Source: the human T2T-CHM13v2.0 reference genome, Homo sapiens. From it: a DNA stretch of 64,000 nt. This document shows positions 1-13,957 of this stretch, piece after piece. The notes under the pieces were generated by a model. It was not told the DNA's origin and searched no databases. It was given only the letters and a program-made list of their open reading frames with translations. How positions within the stretch are numbered: the first letter of the stretch is position 1; each line of letters starts with the position of its first letter. The translations under genes and the position numbers were made by a program. The stretch lies in the NCBI RefSeq assembly GCF_009914755.1, contig NC_060932.1. One strand, 5' to 3'.

Positions 1-94
1 TAAATACCTGAAATTTCCCATACATTTATGTTTTTCACTTAAAGTATGAGGCCACTCCACTCCCTACTCTATGATCCATGGCATAGACCAACAT

Positions 95-205
95 ATAATT
101 CCACAAACATTTACTAAGCACCTACTAATTTACCACTGCGCCTGAATCTCTAAAGATACAAAATGAAGATGTGAGTCATGTCTTCTAGGAATTCACGGTT
201 CAGCA
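95..205 (-). mobile_element. L2 LINE 3' end fragment
   Basis: ACAAACATTTACTAAGCACCTACT resembles the reverse complement of the L2 3' terminus; boundaries approximate. Confidence 0.5.
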
Positions 206-2289
206 GTATAAGTTTATATTTCCAATTATAGTTTTTGGGTAAAGTCTCACAATGCATTTCTTTACAAGACTAAAATTACAAAAGAGAGCTCATCAAAAAA
301 GGGAACTTATTTAATTATGATCATTGCATTGACAGCTAACTTGATATGGATGGGAAGACAAGCACTGAGGCACACTGCAGTTATATGGCCAAGAAGAGGG
401 TTACGAATAGAGAGAACAAGAATGGGATGTCTTTAGTAGAGCAGGTCATAATCTAGTTAACATCAGAAATGAGATGATAAAAACGCACGGCGCCTTGCAA
501 GTGAGTGCCAGTGGAACATGTATAGACGTGCATATTCAGCATGGGCTCAAAACATAATCAAAAGAATCATAGCAATCTGTGCTCCTCTTATAGACTGACA
601 AGATGAGACTCTACTGATTATTTTAGCCATGGTTCAGGCAATTTGATAAGCCATAGAAAAACATGCATCTTCAATCTGCACAGAAAAAAGTCATAGGTAA
701 GAATACAGAAATTACTGTACAAAACAAGTTCTGCTAACTTAACCTAAAATTTCATCCCATTGTTAAAACTCAGCCTCAAATAAAATGGTGCTTATAAGAT
801 CTAAGAGACCTGGGCCCTCAAGTTGTTCACTTAAAAGCAGTGTGAAATAGTTGGTATGACATGACTCAGACCAATCTTCGGGATTGAAAACCAAACATTT
901 TAAAGAACGTTGGTAGAACTCATGAAGCACACACAAAGATTATTATGTTAATTTAGATAGAATTAATTTTTAAAATTCTCTTTGTACCTCATTTTCAAAA
1001 ATTCTAATTTCACTCATGTAAAAAGAAAATAACCCAAACAGGTGATATTATTTTTTTCTATGTTTTAAATTTTAAAAGTCCCATCTGTCACTAATTACAC
1101 ATTTATTTCATTATGAAGCACTATGACTATAATTACTTGAGGTTTTTTGTTGACCATTTAGAGTTTAAAGTAAATACTAATTGTTTTGTTATAACTGTGT
1201 ATTAAATTAAACAATTCACTGCTAGACTTTTCTAGGCTTCAAATAATTTTTATTAGAACCACATAAGAAAGCAATTATGCAATTAATGACACCGCCAATC
1301 TTATAAGTCCATCTTATAAACTTTGAAGACTTTTTTTCCTCTTCATTTCTTCTATTTTAAAAGCAGAGATAGCTACTTCATGTGCACATTCCAGCATTTT
1401 ATAATGATGTATGTGGCCTGCCCAGCCAGCTGGGCTGCTCAGTCACTCTATCAAAGCAGCAATGACGCCAAGCAATTAACTAACTCTCACAACTATCATG
1501 ACCTTGAGTTGAAGAGAATGTATCTATCTAGATAATTGTGGTCATTTCTACTTTAAGTTATTTCCTTTAGAAATAAAATATCTTCCAAACTTAAACCAGA
1601 AGTTGCTGTGAATTCCATTTGGCACTTGTGCTAATAATAATATTTTCTGGGATAATAACAACAGGTTTGGATTTAATTAAATATGTTGCTCACTGAAGCA
1701 TCTGTTTTAAACATTAATGAATGGGAGCTCCTATGGGATATCCAAATGGATGTGTTTTCACTCTGTAACACTATCCTGAAGTGTGTTTTGGAATTTTCAA
1801 ATAATTAGCTGGTCTTTGTTTTGAGAGTCTTATTCAGGATAAAAAAGCAATCCTATTCTCAAATCATATTGATAGATGGAACCCAGTTACGAAGAGACAA
1901 TCAATCATAAAAGCAGTCTTTGTGAAGCTATTATGCAATCCACAGTATTAAGGTCAAGTTTTTCTTCATGTTCACACATAACTCCCATTATCATTCATGA
2001 GAGTAATTCACTTATCAAGAAAAGAACACATCCCTTCCCAATTAGTCTAAGCTACTTTTGGCAGAAAGCCATTAAAAATAGTAGACATGGAGCTCTAAAT
2101 TCTACAACTAACATTTCAAGATTTGGAAGCCACCTTTGAAATAACTGTTATTAACTCGGTTTGATTGGAAACACTGTGCGAATAGAAAATTTCTGAATTC
2201 ATGGCTTTTTTGACCCTCAAAGGTAGTCATATAACTAAGAATTGTTTGTAAAATGGCATTATTAGGGCTTTATTAAAAATAAGTTGCTA

Positions 2290-2410
2290 GGCTTAAGTTC
2301 CGTGAAGACAGTGATTAGTTATTTTTTACCATTCAGTGTATCCTCAACACATAGACCAGTGCCAGGCATAATAGGTGCATAACAGATGTTTGTTGAATTA
2401 GTGATTAATT
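2290..2410 (+). mobile_element. L2 LINE 3' end fragment
   Basis: CAGTGCCAGGCATAATAGGTGC...ATGTTTGTTGAATT matches the L2 3' tail pattern. Confidence 0.55.
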
Positions 2411-2430
2411 AAAGCTAACATATTCTGTAC

Positions 2431-2500
2431 AATTCAACAAGCATTTATTGGGACCCTACTGCTAGGTGCTAGATACCATTAGGGACTGGAGAGATAAAGA
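2431..2500 (-). mobile_element. L2 LINE 3' end fragment, tail-to-tail with the preceding L2
   Basis: ATTCAACAAGCATTTATTGGGACCCTACTGCTAGG is the antisense L2 tail pattern. Confidence 0.5.
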
Positions 2501-2810
2501 TATTAAATCTCTAATTGTGTGTATATATACACATACAAATAAGAGAGGGAGAGACAGAGAGAAAGAGGGATTCTCCTGTCAAAGAGTTCCTAATATCTCA
2601 GATGATATTAGCATATAAGGAATTATGTTATAGTGTTGTCAATGCAAGGTTGTGAGAGGTATGCTACATAACATCTTAATACCATCTGCAAATAAATGTT
2701 AAGGTTTTGATGAAAGTTATATTATCCATACAAATTGAATGAACAGGTAATATAAAACATTCCTTAGTATGATAATCATATTAGCACTCTGATTTGAAAA
2801 ACACATTTTA

Positions 2811-3156
<346 letters not shown>

Positions 3157-4074
3157 CTATTATGGTCTCTTTGAGAGCATAGTAGGTAAATACTTTGGCT
3201 CTGGGTAAATAATGATTGTGCTATAATACCCATGGGCTAGACTGAAGAAAGTCACCATGATTATGTATTGGCTTTTTTAGTCAGACTTGGGAAAAGTTTC
3301 TCATTTATAGCATCTTCTTCTAACAGAAAAGACACTGAGATGTCAAACCACATCTCAGAGCTTTTGAAGCATTGGATGCTGGCCTAGTGTTCATAATTCC
3401 AGCTAATGGCAAGATGGCCCATGCTGGACAAACACTCTCTGGCAAGTAGATTTTTAATAATATACCATGCATTGGGCTCTGACAGATTCTTACAGGGAGA
3501 GCTCATCTGTTTCTAAACGAATCCAAGGTCCTCACATACTCCTGGATGGGCTGTGGCAAAAGAGTCCACACTGATCCTAAAGGAAAGATTCAGGTGTATG
3601 TAAACTCAGTTTCATCATCTATAAAAATACGGAGTTGAATTTGATGATCTGTAAGGTCATAACATCTTTGTGGCTTCCTTTTCTTCTATTGCAAAGTTCA
3701 AGTGGGTTAGTTGAGTCTACCTCTCATGTATCTCCACAATCCCTTCTTTTCTTTTTTTTCCCTAACACAGTGAACATTGAGGAGTCCGTTGAGGACAGAT
3801 CTGATATCTTATTAATGTTCACACCTCTGTGTCTACTTATAGATTCTGGAACATAATAGATGCTCAATAAATATTGACTGAATGAGGGAATAAATTGGGC
3901 AACATCTATATAACAAACTGCATGAGTTACTTTGAGTGATTTCAAAGCAATATAAAATAACATCCCCTGCCTCCAAGAATTATATGATTTACTCAGGAGA
4001 CAAGACTGTCACATGTAGCAGTAAAGAATATAAACTGTTTCATTTAATCCTCACAAGAAAAAATAACATACGCC

Positions 4075-4325
4075 ATAAAAATAACAATAGCATCTGGCAT
4101 TTATTGAGAATCAATTATATGCGCATCACCTTAATTGGATTATTTCACTTAATCCTCACAACAATTATGAGTCATTACTAAAGCTATTTCCATTCTATAA
4201 ATGAGAAAATATGAACTTAAGAGTAGTTAAGCAACTTGCTTGAAGTCTTACAGTTGGTAGGTAGCTGAGCCAAGATATGAATCCAGGGTGTTCCATTCCA
4301 AAACCCATATTTTTAATCAGTATAA
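4075..4325 (-). mobile_element. MIR SINE
   Basis: Antisense MIR motifs TTAATCCTCACAACAATTATGAG and AAATGAGAAAA..GTTAAGCAACTTGCTTGAAGTC. Confidence 0.75.
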
Positions 4326-4849
4326 TAAAAAAAAGAGTGTCTACTTTGTTCTAAGTGTCAAGCATCAAACATGTGCATGTGCGTGCACACACACACACAG
4401 AGTCCCTGTTGGGTAAGCTCCCTCAGTGGCCACGTTTTGTAACTTGCAGCACTTCTCCATCTGCCAAGATGATTGCACCACTGGTAGGTGTCTGATCCAA
4501 GAGCAGCCAATAAAGCAACTGGCTGGCATCTGCTGAGGTTGCCTGATACCGGTGCTCTGCCCTCTATGACCAATATTGATTAAGTGAATTAATGAGAGTC
4601 CCTCACGTGGTGGTAGTCATAATAAGAGAGAGAGAGAGAGAGTGAGAGCTATTGGTAGAGAAGAGTACAAATTAAAAGACTGACAAAAGCAAGCAGCAAA
4701 GGCCTGTAGCCAGCACAATCAATGAGTAAGCAGAGGAAAGGGTGAGGTGGCTGGCTGGCACTGGGATTAGATTTGGAAAGACATTGAGAGAAAGGCACCA
4801 ACACAGAAAGACAAACTCATATTATTGATAAGGAACAAGGTTATCTACA

Positions 4850-5653
4850 AAATTCTTCTATACCAAAGGCAACAGATAAACCAATACCTAGAGCTGGATC
4901 TCAAAGGACTTTTTAGTCACTGAAGAAACTGTTCTACATTCAAAACCCAGGGAGACTGGTCTTCTTGAGGCTGGGCCATCCCATTGTTCTTGAGTTTCTA
5001 TCATGCCTGGATGTATGGCTTAGATGCTTGCAGTCTTACTATTACCTATATTGATTTCCTATTGCTACTATAAACTGTCATAAACTTAGTGGCTTACATC
5101 AACACAAATTTATTATCGTACAGTTCTGGAGATCAGAAGTCAAAAATAGGCCTCAGTGGGCTAAAATTAAGGTGTTGGCAGAGTGTGTTCCAACTGCAGC
5201 CTCTAGGAAATAATTCATTTCCTTGGCTTTTGCAGTTTCCAGAGACAGCTCGCATTTCTTGGCTCATGGCCTTTTGCATTTCTTTCAAGATAGTGGTGGA
5301 GCATCTTCAAATCTCCTTCTGACCAAGACAGTGACTCTTCTCCCTCTCTCACTTGTCAGGACCCTTGTGATAATGGGGGGGTCTATGCAGACAACTCAGA
5401 ACAATCTCGCCATCTCTAATTCAGCTGATTAGCAACCATAATTCCATTTAATTCTCTTTAATAAAGGGGCAACCTTACTTCCCCTTTTTCATGCAACATT
5501 ACATATTTGCAGTTTTTGATGTTTAGGAACAGGACTTCCTTAGGGGTCTTATTGTGCCTACCACACCACCTATATTCCTAAAGTAATCTTTATATTACTT
5601 GAGAACACTTGAGTAAGTCTGCTTTTTGCAACCACAAGAACTTGACTAACACA
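4850..5653 (+). mobile_element. Old MLT1-type MaLR LTR remnant interrupted by MLT1D
   Basis: 3' end TTGCAACCACAAGAACTTGACTAACACA resembles older MLT1 termini; 5' boundary uncertain. Confidence 0.35.
5047..5565 (-). mobile_element. MLT1D-like MaLR solo LTR
   Basis: Antisense MLT1D motifs AAACTTAGTGGCTT..ACACAAATTTATTATC..ACAGTTCTGGAG.TCAGAAGTC; ends GCCTACCACA. Confidence 0.8.
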
Positions 5654-6379
5654 AAGATGCTATTTGGCCAGTTTGAGTAGGGCTTCTGTTGCAATTTTTA
5701 AAAAAATCTTGACTCATAGGGTCCCAATTCCACATATTACTCATATTATTCTCCTGTCTGGTTTGCCTTTCCTTCCTCCTGCCTATTCTCCTCCCACTTT
5801 CCTAATCTGCTGTTGTGAAAATCCAGCTCACGCAGGGCAAGTACTATTGCGCAATGCAGCATGAAGCAGGTTGTATATGAGATAGGAGATAGAAACACAG
5901 AATAATTGTTTATATAGGAATTTCTTGGGAAGTTTCACAAAGAAGGAGATGGCATGATTGCTAGGTTTGATTTAAGATCCTGCTTGACTATCCATCCATA
6001 TGGGGAAGATTCAGATCAGGCAGACAGTTAACAATAGAGCCAAGAATTGTACCAAGGTCTTCTGATTCCTATTCTGTTGTTCTTGATAAGTTTTTCCATA
6101 TCTATGATGGTTTGGGTATACCAGATGGCTATAATGCATATTTGTTGAATGAACAGAATGAATAAATGAATGAAAAAATTAAATAAATGGAATGAGTAGG
6201 TAGGATGGAAGGCTCAAGGCAGATGCAAAATATGAATTAAAGCAGATTCACTCTGAGGAAAAGCATGTTAGAAATGCGGATCTGCAAACAACATTCTGCC
6301 ATTCAGTGAGTTTTCTAAGCCTGAAAATTTTAATTAGTCTCTTTTTGTCATTAGATGGGGGTAATAATTATCACCTATT

Positions 6380-6579
6380 TTATTTTTTATTTTTGAGATG
6401 GAGTCTCACTCTTGTCACCCAGGCTGGAGTACAATGGTGCTATCTCAGCTCACTGAAACCTGTGCCTCCCGGGTTCAAGTGATTCTCCTGTCTCACCTTC
6501 CCAAGTAGCTGGGATTACAGGCATGCTCCACCACTCTTGGCTAATTTTTGTATTTTTAGTAGAGACAGGGTGCCCGGCC
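6380..6579 (-). mobile_element. Alu SINE with internal deletion of most of the left arm
   Basis: Right arm and linker intact, joined directly to the 5' terminal GGCCGGGCA; TSD TTATCACCTATT at 6368-6379 and 6580-6591. Confidence 0.9.
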
Positions 6580-6858
6580 TTATCACCTATTCCTTTTACA
6601 TCATTATTTTAAGTACAGAATAATATGCTACATGAAAGTTCTTTTCAACATTTAAAAAAAGATAGGCAGTTAGACAGATAGATAAATCGATATAGATAAA
6701 TAGATTATAGAATGTTTCATTATAATTTTTAACATTCTTTTAATGATACTTTTAAATTATTTTGTTCTTTAGTGCATTAAAAGCACTTTTATGTGTATTC
6801 CTTTACATAATTTAATTAAAGACAAAAGCAAATGTGGAAACTGAAAAACATCAAAATA

Positions 6859-6902
6859 AGATTTGTCACTGTCATGGAAAAGATTAGTCACTGTCATGGA
6901 AA
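6859..6902. repeat. 22-bp tandem duplication
   Basis: AGATTTGTCACTGTCATGGAAA followed by AGATTAGTCACTGTCATGGAAA (1 mismatch). Confidence 0.9.
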
Positions 6903-6939
6903 TTGAGGCAGATTCACCAAGACTAGTGAGGTGTGTTTA

Positions 6940-7301
<362 letters not shown>

Positions 7302-7394
7302 AAAGAAATTTACCATTTATCATTAACAGTAATTTTTCTATGGCTATTTTCTATTAAGATTTATTATTGATAAAATTGTTACATTTACTTCCAA

Positions 7395-7860
7395 CATAAC
7401 AATAAAAATACCAACAGCAACATTTATTGAGCACTTTCTAAATGCCAGACATGACTCTAATAACTTAATTATTGATTAATTTACATAATCTTTACAATAA
7501 TCCTGTGAAGATGGGATAATATCATCATTTTATAGATGATTTAGGGGTCAAAATGAGTTGTGAATAAAAAATTCTCTGATTCCAGAGTCCCTTCTCCTAG
7601 GCACATTTTTGCTGAGATATAATAATAATTATTACCGTTATTGTTGTCATTGTGATCTTTGTTCTAATAATAACAATTAATTATAATTATATTACCATTT
7701 GCTGTACACACACTCTCTTTAATCCTCGCAGGTATTGCAAGACAGAATTATCATCCTTGTTTTACAAACAAAAAAGCAGAGGCTGAAAAATTGTAAGTTA
7801 ATTGTCAAAGTCTCACAGCCAACAATTAATAGATGCAGATGGCAAATTAAGTACTATTAC
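7395..7860 (-). mobile_element. Two MIR SINE fragments
   Basis: CATTTATTGAGCACTT..ATGCCAGAC and TTTAATCCTCGCA..TTTTACAAAC..AGAGGCTG antisense MIR motifs. Confidence 0.6.
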
Positions 7861-8449
7861 CTCACCAGACCCAGTTGCTTCTCAATAATCAATGTTGCTT
7901 TATTAGTTTCAGCAAATGTGTTTTAGCAAAGAGCTGAATGTCAGATCTGTTAGCCAGAGATTTGCCAATCTGGATTCATGATTGTACTCCAGTGAATTCC
8001 GAAATAATTATTTTCTGAAGAATTCTTCAGATCACACTCAAATACTAATTTAAGAATTAAGTGACATAACTTATTAACCGACATATTAAAATTAATTTCT
8101 GGTGAGCAATATTAAAGCATAACTATGATTGTTGGTCTAATCAAGGGTAGATAAGAGAATCCTTCGACTTTTTGTTCTATTTTTTCGCTGGTTGTGACAC
8201 AGGATTTGTAACTGGCATCAATCAAGTTTTCTTTAAGCTCAAGATAGGTATTAGTGGTCTCTCCCTACCCAGAATTACCATGAAAATCCTTCTTTGTCAA
8301 AAAATAATTTTTTCCCTTCTCCATAAATGGGTAACTATGTTTATCTTCCTGATCTGTAAGCTAAACTAATATAGATGAGTAGCATGTTATCTTTTTTTAC
8401 TATGATATTTGAAATAGCTTAATCACTAAGAAGGTAAGTTTTGATGTCC

Positions 8450-8630
8450 ACCAAATTTTAATGTGAATTCTGCTCCACTATTTACTAGTCTTAGGCAGAT
8501 TATTTTACTTCTCCAAGCTTTGATGCCTTCTTTTATATAAAGAACATTATCAAGCTATGGGATTGTTGACATAGTTGAAAAAGATAATGTATATAAAATG
8601 TTCAGTAAAGTACATGACAAGTGATAGGTA
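8450..8630 (+). mobile_element. MIR SINE fragment
   Basis: GAATTCTGCTCCACTATTTACTAG..GGCAGATTATTTTACTTCTC..AAGATAATGTATATAAAATG. Confidence 0.55.
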
Positions 8631-8739
8631 GCCAGATCACTAATGTCACCATACAGAAATTAACTTTCTGTATAGTGTGTTCTTTCTGAACTAGTGTGTT
8701 TTTTAGTTTCCATTTAAGTAATTCTCCATATTTCCAAGT

Positions 8740-8935
8740 ATTGAACTATTCTCCCTAGTTTTTCCCACCTAATTAAATGGAACCACCATCCACCCAAATG
8801 TTCAAGCCAGAACCTAATACATCATTTTTATATCCCCGCTGCATCAACTATACCCAGATAAAATACATCACAAATCTTACAATTCTGTTTTGAAAATATA
8901 ACTGATTTACATGTCTCCATCTCTGTTATTACCAC
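8740..8935 (+). mobile_element. L2 LINE fragment
   Basis: AAATGGAACCACCATCCACCCAAATGTTCAAGCCAGAACC matches an L2 body motif. Confidence 0.55.
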
Positions 8936-10371
8936 TAAATAATCATTTCAATACAACTTTTAAAAATAAAACATTAAAAGTTAATATTTAAATTATAGTG
9001 TTCTTAATAGAAGCTATTTTGTTTTTTTCTAAATATTCAAACAGAATTCTGCATAGTAATCTCTAATTTGTAGTCCCAAGGTAGTGTTTCAAAATATGAG
9101 CTCAAAAGCTATATATGTACATCTATATGTGTGCATATGGATAAAGTTAATTAACTGATTTAATTAAATACATGAATCATCAAACATTACACATGTACAA
9201 TCTAGATTATAATCTGTCCTTTATTTAGTCCTATTTAAGTGAAGCTGTATAGTACATTAATTTTTTAAGCACTTGACCTTTAATAAAGCAAGAATATTAG
9301 ACTGGATTGTTTTCAGTAGCCGTGTTTTTGTCTTTGAGTATTCATCTGAATTGTATTCAATTACTACGACATGGGCTATATCTACATAAAGTTTCAAAAT
9401 GATTTGCAGGTTTTAGAATGGATCTATACACAGGTCTACATTCAAAAGAAACTCTAAAATGATGGTTCATCTTTGATCCCAATCCCCAATTTCAAAATCT
9501 TATTTTCAATAAAAATGGAAGGCTCCAGTTTTTTTTAACTGCTTTTCCTTGTTTCTGGATTCTCATAGTTGTTTTTTTGGCTTGAGCTTATTCACAGGTG
9601 TGAACATTCAAATCCAAATACATTTCAACAACTATCCAGAGCTCCTGTGAACACAGCTCTTATAAACATAGCACTTTGGAATTTCTCACATGGGTTTTCC
9701 AGGAAGTTATAAGCCTAGAAGAACTAAGTGGTAAGGAAAAGAGAAATGTTCTGTAACTAGAACAAAGTGAGCATATAATAGATTTTAAGAGAAGTTTTAT
9801 TGTATAGGATTCTTCCTAATAATCAAGAATTGTGGTTTCCCATCAAATTCTCTCACAGACTTCAAAGAAGCCTTTGTTGATTTAATGACAATACACTCTT
9901 TATTTTGGATAATCTAGTACAACCAAAGCCTTAAACTAACCCAGTTACTGCGGTGTTCAAGCTTTTAGAGGAGACAAAATCATTACTAATTTAGATCCTA
10001 AAAGTTGCTGGCTGAAATACAGATGGGCAGCCTAGAGATTTAGACTGAGTTTGTTTTGATAGAATTTAAGTTAGTAAAGAAAATTGGTGGGAAACAGTGG
10101 CAGGACTGAGAGTAAGATGAGGGGTTGGAGGAAAAGAGCTCCTCCAGAGGAGATGTGAAAATCAGAAGCAGAACTGGCTAGAGATGGTTGCTCTCTTGTT
10201 CCTTCTTTCTTTGCCTTCAAGCTCTCCCTCTCTCCTATTCTCTCCATATCATTTCCTCTTGATTTCAATGTCTTCTTATTTTAATGTCTAGTATTCCTTT
10301 CACTAATCTAATCAGCTTCTGATATTATTAGTTTGGTTTTTCTTTAGTCTCTTAGTTGCTTCATTCCTTTA

Positions 10372-10673
10372 TCTCTCTCTCTCTCTCTCTTTTTTTTTTT
10401 TCTGAGACAAAGTCTCACTCTGTCGCCCAGGCTGGAGTGCAATCTCAGCTCACTGCAACCTCCACCTCCGGGGTTCAAGCAATTCTCTTGCCTCAGCCTC
10501 CCAAGTAGCTGGGATTACAGGCACATGCATGCACCCGGGGAATTCTTGTATTTTTAGTCGAGACAGGGTTTCACCATGTTGGTCAGGCTGGTCTTGAACT
10601 CTTGACCTCATGATCTGCCCACCCCGGCCTCCCAAAGTGCGGGGATTACAGGCGTGAGCCACCGCACCCAGCC
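10372..10673 (-). mobile_element. Alu SINE (AluS)
   Basis: Antisense full Alu with (CT)n/T tail; TSD-like TCCTTTATC on both sides. Confidence 0.95.
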
Positions 10674-10724
10674 CTCCTTTATCGCTCTTTAAACTACATG
10701 GAATTTTTATTTATTAAAAAGAAT

Positions 10725-11010
10725 GGGCAGGCATGGTGGCTCACAGCTGTAATTCCAGCACTTTGAGAGGCCGACGCGAGGGGATCACCGGAGGTAAGGA
10801 ACTCAACAACGTGGTGAAACCCCGTCTCTACTAAAAATGAAAAAATTAGCCGGATGTGGTGGCCTGTGCCTGTAATCTCAGCTACTTGGGCGGCTGAGGC
10901 AGGACAATCACTTGAACCCAGAAGGTGGAGGTTGTGGTGAACCGAGATCATGCCATTGCATTCCAGCCTGTGTGACAGAGCAACACTCTATCTCAAAAAA
11001 AAAAAAAAAA
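10725..11010 (+). mobile_element. Alu SINE (AluS)
   Basis: Alu dimer with poly(A) tail ending near 11010. Confidence 0.95.
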
Positions 11011-12427
11011 ATTGTTGTATAATTCTTATTTTAAGGTAGAAAATTAGATTAGCTTTTTAAATGTTTTTGCTCTTGTCCTTCAAAATTAAAATCAAATGCT
11101 GCTTCTTACTCTTGTTACTTACATATAATCCTCCCTAATTTTTATGTGCACTAGTGTGTTCCTCCATTAAAAATATATTACCCAATCTTGTTCTGAATCC
11201 CTTGTTTGCTCTTAAATTATTTTTCATGTTAGGTAGATTATCCTAACTCATCCTCCTGTCAAAAATAAAAAAGGCCAGAAAACTTAAAGATACTTGAGGA
11301 AGTGACCTTGTATAATAGATAATATACTCTTAGGAAAAGCTCTTTAACTGGATTGGAGGTGGGGGTAAATAATTACCTTTTATCTTCACTTCTGATTTTT
11401 ATGGTCTTTAGGATTATAAAAATTGTTATTCAACCACACATTTCTGAATGATTAAATAAATGCATAAATGAAGACAAAAAAATCCCAGTGCAAACATGAT
11501 AAGCTTGTATCTCTTTATGGAGACTAAGAAATAAAAAAAAGAAAAAGGAAAACAACATTTTTTCCCTAAAAAGAAAGAATAAGAACTGTCATTATCATGT
11601 ATAGTGGGTCATAAAATCTTCCAATATTTGCAGTCTTTCTGCACATAAATTTCATAAATGTTTTTTCTGTGGATTCTACAATTTAATATAAAAAAGGCAA
11701 CTCTACATATATATGTAAGCAATTGAACAAAGCCATAAAAAAAAATCACCATTACCACCAGTGGTGCACAATTTGTTTGGAGTAAGGGAAGAAGGTTTTT
11801 ATAGTTATAAAAATTATTTACGGAAGTTTTCCAAATGTTTCCACCTCTCAGAGATTAGGAGATTCCTTCTGGAGGACATGCCAGAATGTTGGTATTAGTG
11901 GACAGGAAGACAGTGGGTAAATGGGCATATGTAACTTCAGAAAATTCTCTAAGGATCCTTATAGCTTTCTATTGATACAATTGGTAGCTATTCTTACGAA
12001 GAGTCACTAATAAATACACAAGTCAATCAAATAGCCCAAGGCTTCCCAAACACCAAAGAAAGTTGAAAAATATTTGATAACAAGACTCTAGTTAAATGCT
12101 CTTCCCACTCAGGGGTATTATACACTCCCAGTTATGGGGTGTGGCCCAGTTCTGAGTAAGGCAAATATAACACATGATTTATATGAAGACATCTTTACTA
12201 AAGAACTTTTATTTCAGGAGTATCACTTAGGCTGAGCCCTAGGACATAGTCCCAACCTATTTTAGTAAGAATTGTGGATTTTTTACTCCCTGATTTATAA
12301 CTCCAGATCCAAGAAGCTGAAAGTGATGTTCACCTTTTCAGTCATTTACTTGTCGACACTAAAAGCCAAGTCCCAGCAATTAAATATTCTGCAAATGTCT
12401 TAGGCATTTAGGGCTGGCGAACCATTA

Positions 12428-12838
12428 ATTCAACAAACATTTATGAGCAGGAGATCAGTCTGACTACAACTGCCATAATCCAAGTGAGATATGCTAATGG
12501 ATTGGGCAGAGATGATAGTGAGGGGTGGGTAACAGAAATATTCAAAGGTTTTGAAAACAGAGAAAGCAGCATTTCTGATGGTTCAGACGTTGCATGTGAA
12601 AGAAAGGAGTTAGAGATGACTCCAAAGAAACCGAAGGGATGAAAGAGCGGGTTTTAGGGATTGAGGGTGGATTAGGGGCTCTGTGTAGTTTACATTAAAA
12701 TGATTATTAGACATTAAAGTTAGACATGTCAGGCAAATAATTGGACACAAATACCTGGAATTGAAGGGGAAAGGTCTGAATTGAGTATATTCATTTGGCA
12801 GTCTCAGGTATAAGATGGTATTTAAAGCCATACAACTA
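12428..12838 (-). mobile_element. L2 LINE, left part (interrupted by L1)
   Basis: Antisense L2 text ending GATGGTATTTAAAGCCAT; continues colinearly at 23376 with GGATGAGATCACC. Confidence 0.7.
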
Positions 12839-12839
12839 T

Positions 12840-13957
12840 AATGGAGGTATGGTTTTCCTGGGGCAGCATAAATCCACTACAATTCAACATTTTTTCTGAT
12901 TACAACTAAAAACTCTAAAGAAAAAATGCTACAGACAATTTCCTGAGGACAACAAGAAGTAAACAAAAGCAGGTAGAATATCAAAAGCAGTCAAAACTTA
13001 GAGAAACAAATGTATGAAGGTGAACAAAAATCAACAGAACCTCAGGGATGTGTATGACAATATCCGCTGATTGTGCATTTGTAAGGTAGTCCCATGGAAA
13101 AGAGAGAGATTGGGCAATAAAGAAAATAGGAAGAAATTATGGCTAAAAACTCTCCAAATTTGATGAAATATAAATTTATAGATTTCAAAAGTTCAGCATA
13201 TCCCAAATACTGTAAACTCAAAGAAAACTATGTCAAGACACATCATAAACTGCTAAAAAACAAAGATTAAGAAAAAGATGTTGAAAGCAGCTAAGGAAAA
13301 ATAACATTACATACAAATACAAAAATTCAAATGACTACAATCAAGTACATTCTATTCTAGGAATGTAAATTTGGTTTCATATTTGAAAACCAATTGATGT
13401 TATTCACTGTATCAACAGACTAAAGGGCAAACAGGATCTTTTCCATAGATGCAGAAAAAGCAGTTGACAAAATGTAACACCTATTCATAAACAAACTCTA
13501 AGGAAACTAGAAATGACAGAAAACATTCTCAAACTAATTAAAGAGAAGTTATGAAAACCTTACTGCTAATGTCGCTAATGTCATCAACAATGGTAAATAA
13601 TTGAAACACTGCAAGAACAAAGCATGGATGCTAACTTGTAACATTTATTTAACACTATACTGGCAGTCCTAGTCATTGCAAGAAAGCAAGAAAAAGAAAT
13701 TCTAATTGTAAAGATCAGAAATTAAGAATTAAAATTTTCCTTATCTGCAGATGATATGATTCTTTTTTTAGGAAAGCCCAGGAAATCTTCAAAATAAAAA
13801 CTAGACCTAACAAATGAACACAAACAGTTCACAAGATATAAAGTTAATATGCAAAAATAAATTACACTCCTATATATTAGCATCAAATATTTGGAAAACA
13901 TATCAAAACTAATGCAATGTATAGGAATGGCAAAAAAAAATTTATCATGCTACCTAC
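12840..13957 (+). mobile_element. Old L1M LINE, 5' part (ORF1/ORF2 remnants), interrupted by the provirus
   Basis: ORF1-like AACAGAACCTCAGGGA..AAAACTCTCCAAATTTGATGAAA; ORF2-like ATAGATGCAGAAAAAGCAGTTGACAAAAT and GCAGATGATATG (ADDM of the RT active site). Confidence 0.8.

Noticed and set aside
8648-8678. 13-bp hairpin CACCATACAGAAA / TTTCTGTATAGTG
   Set aside because: Short AT-rich stem, expected by chance or a small template switch; no functional context
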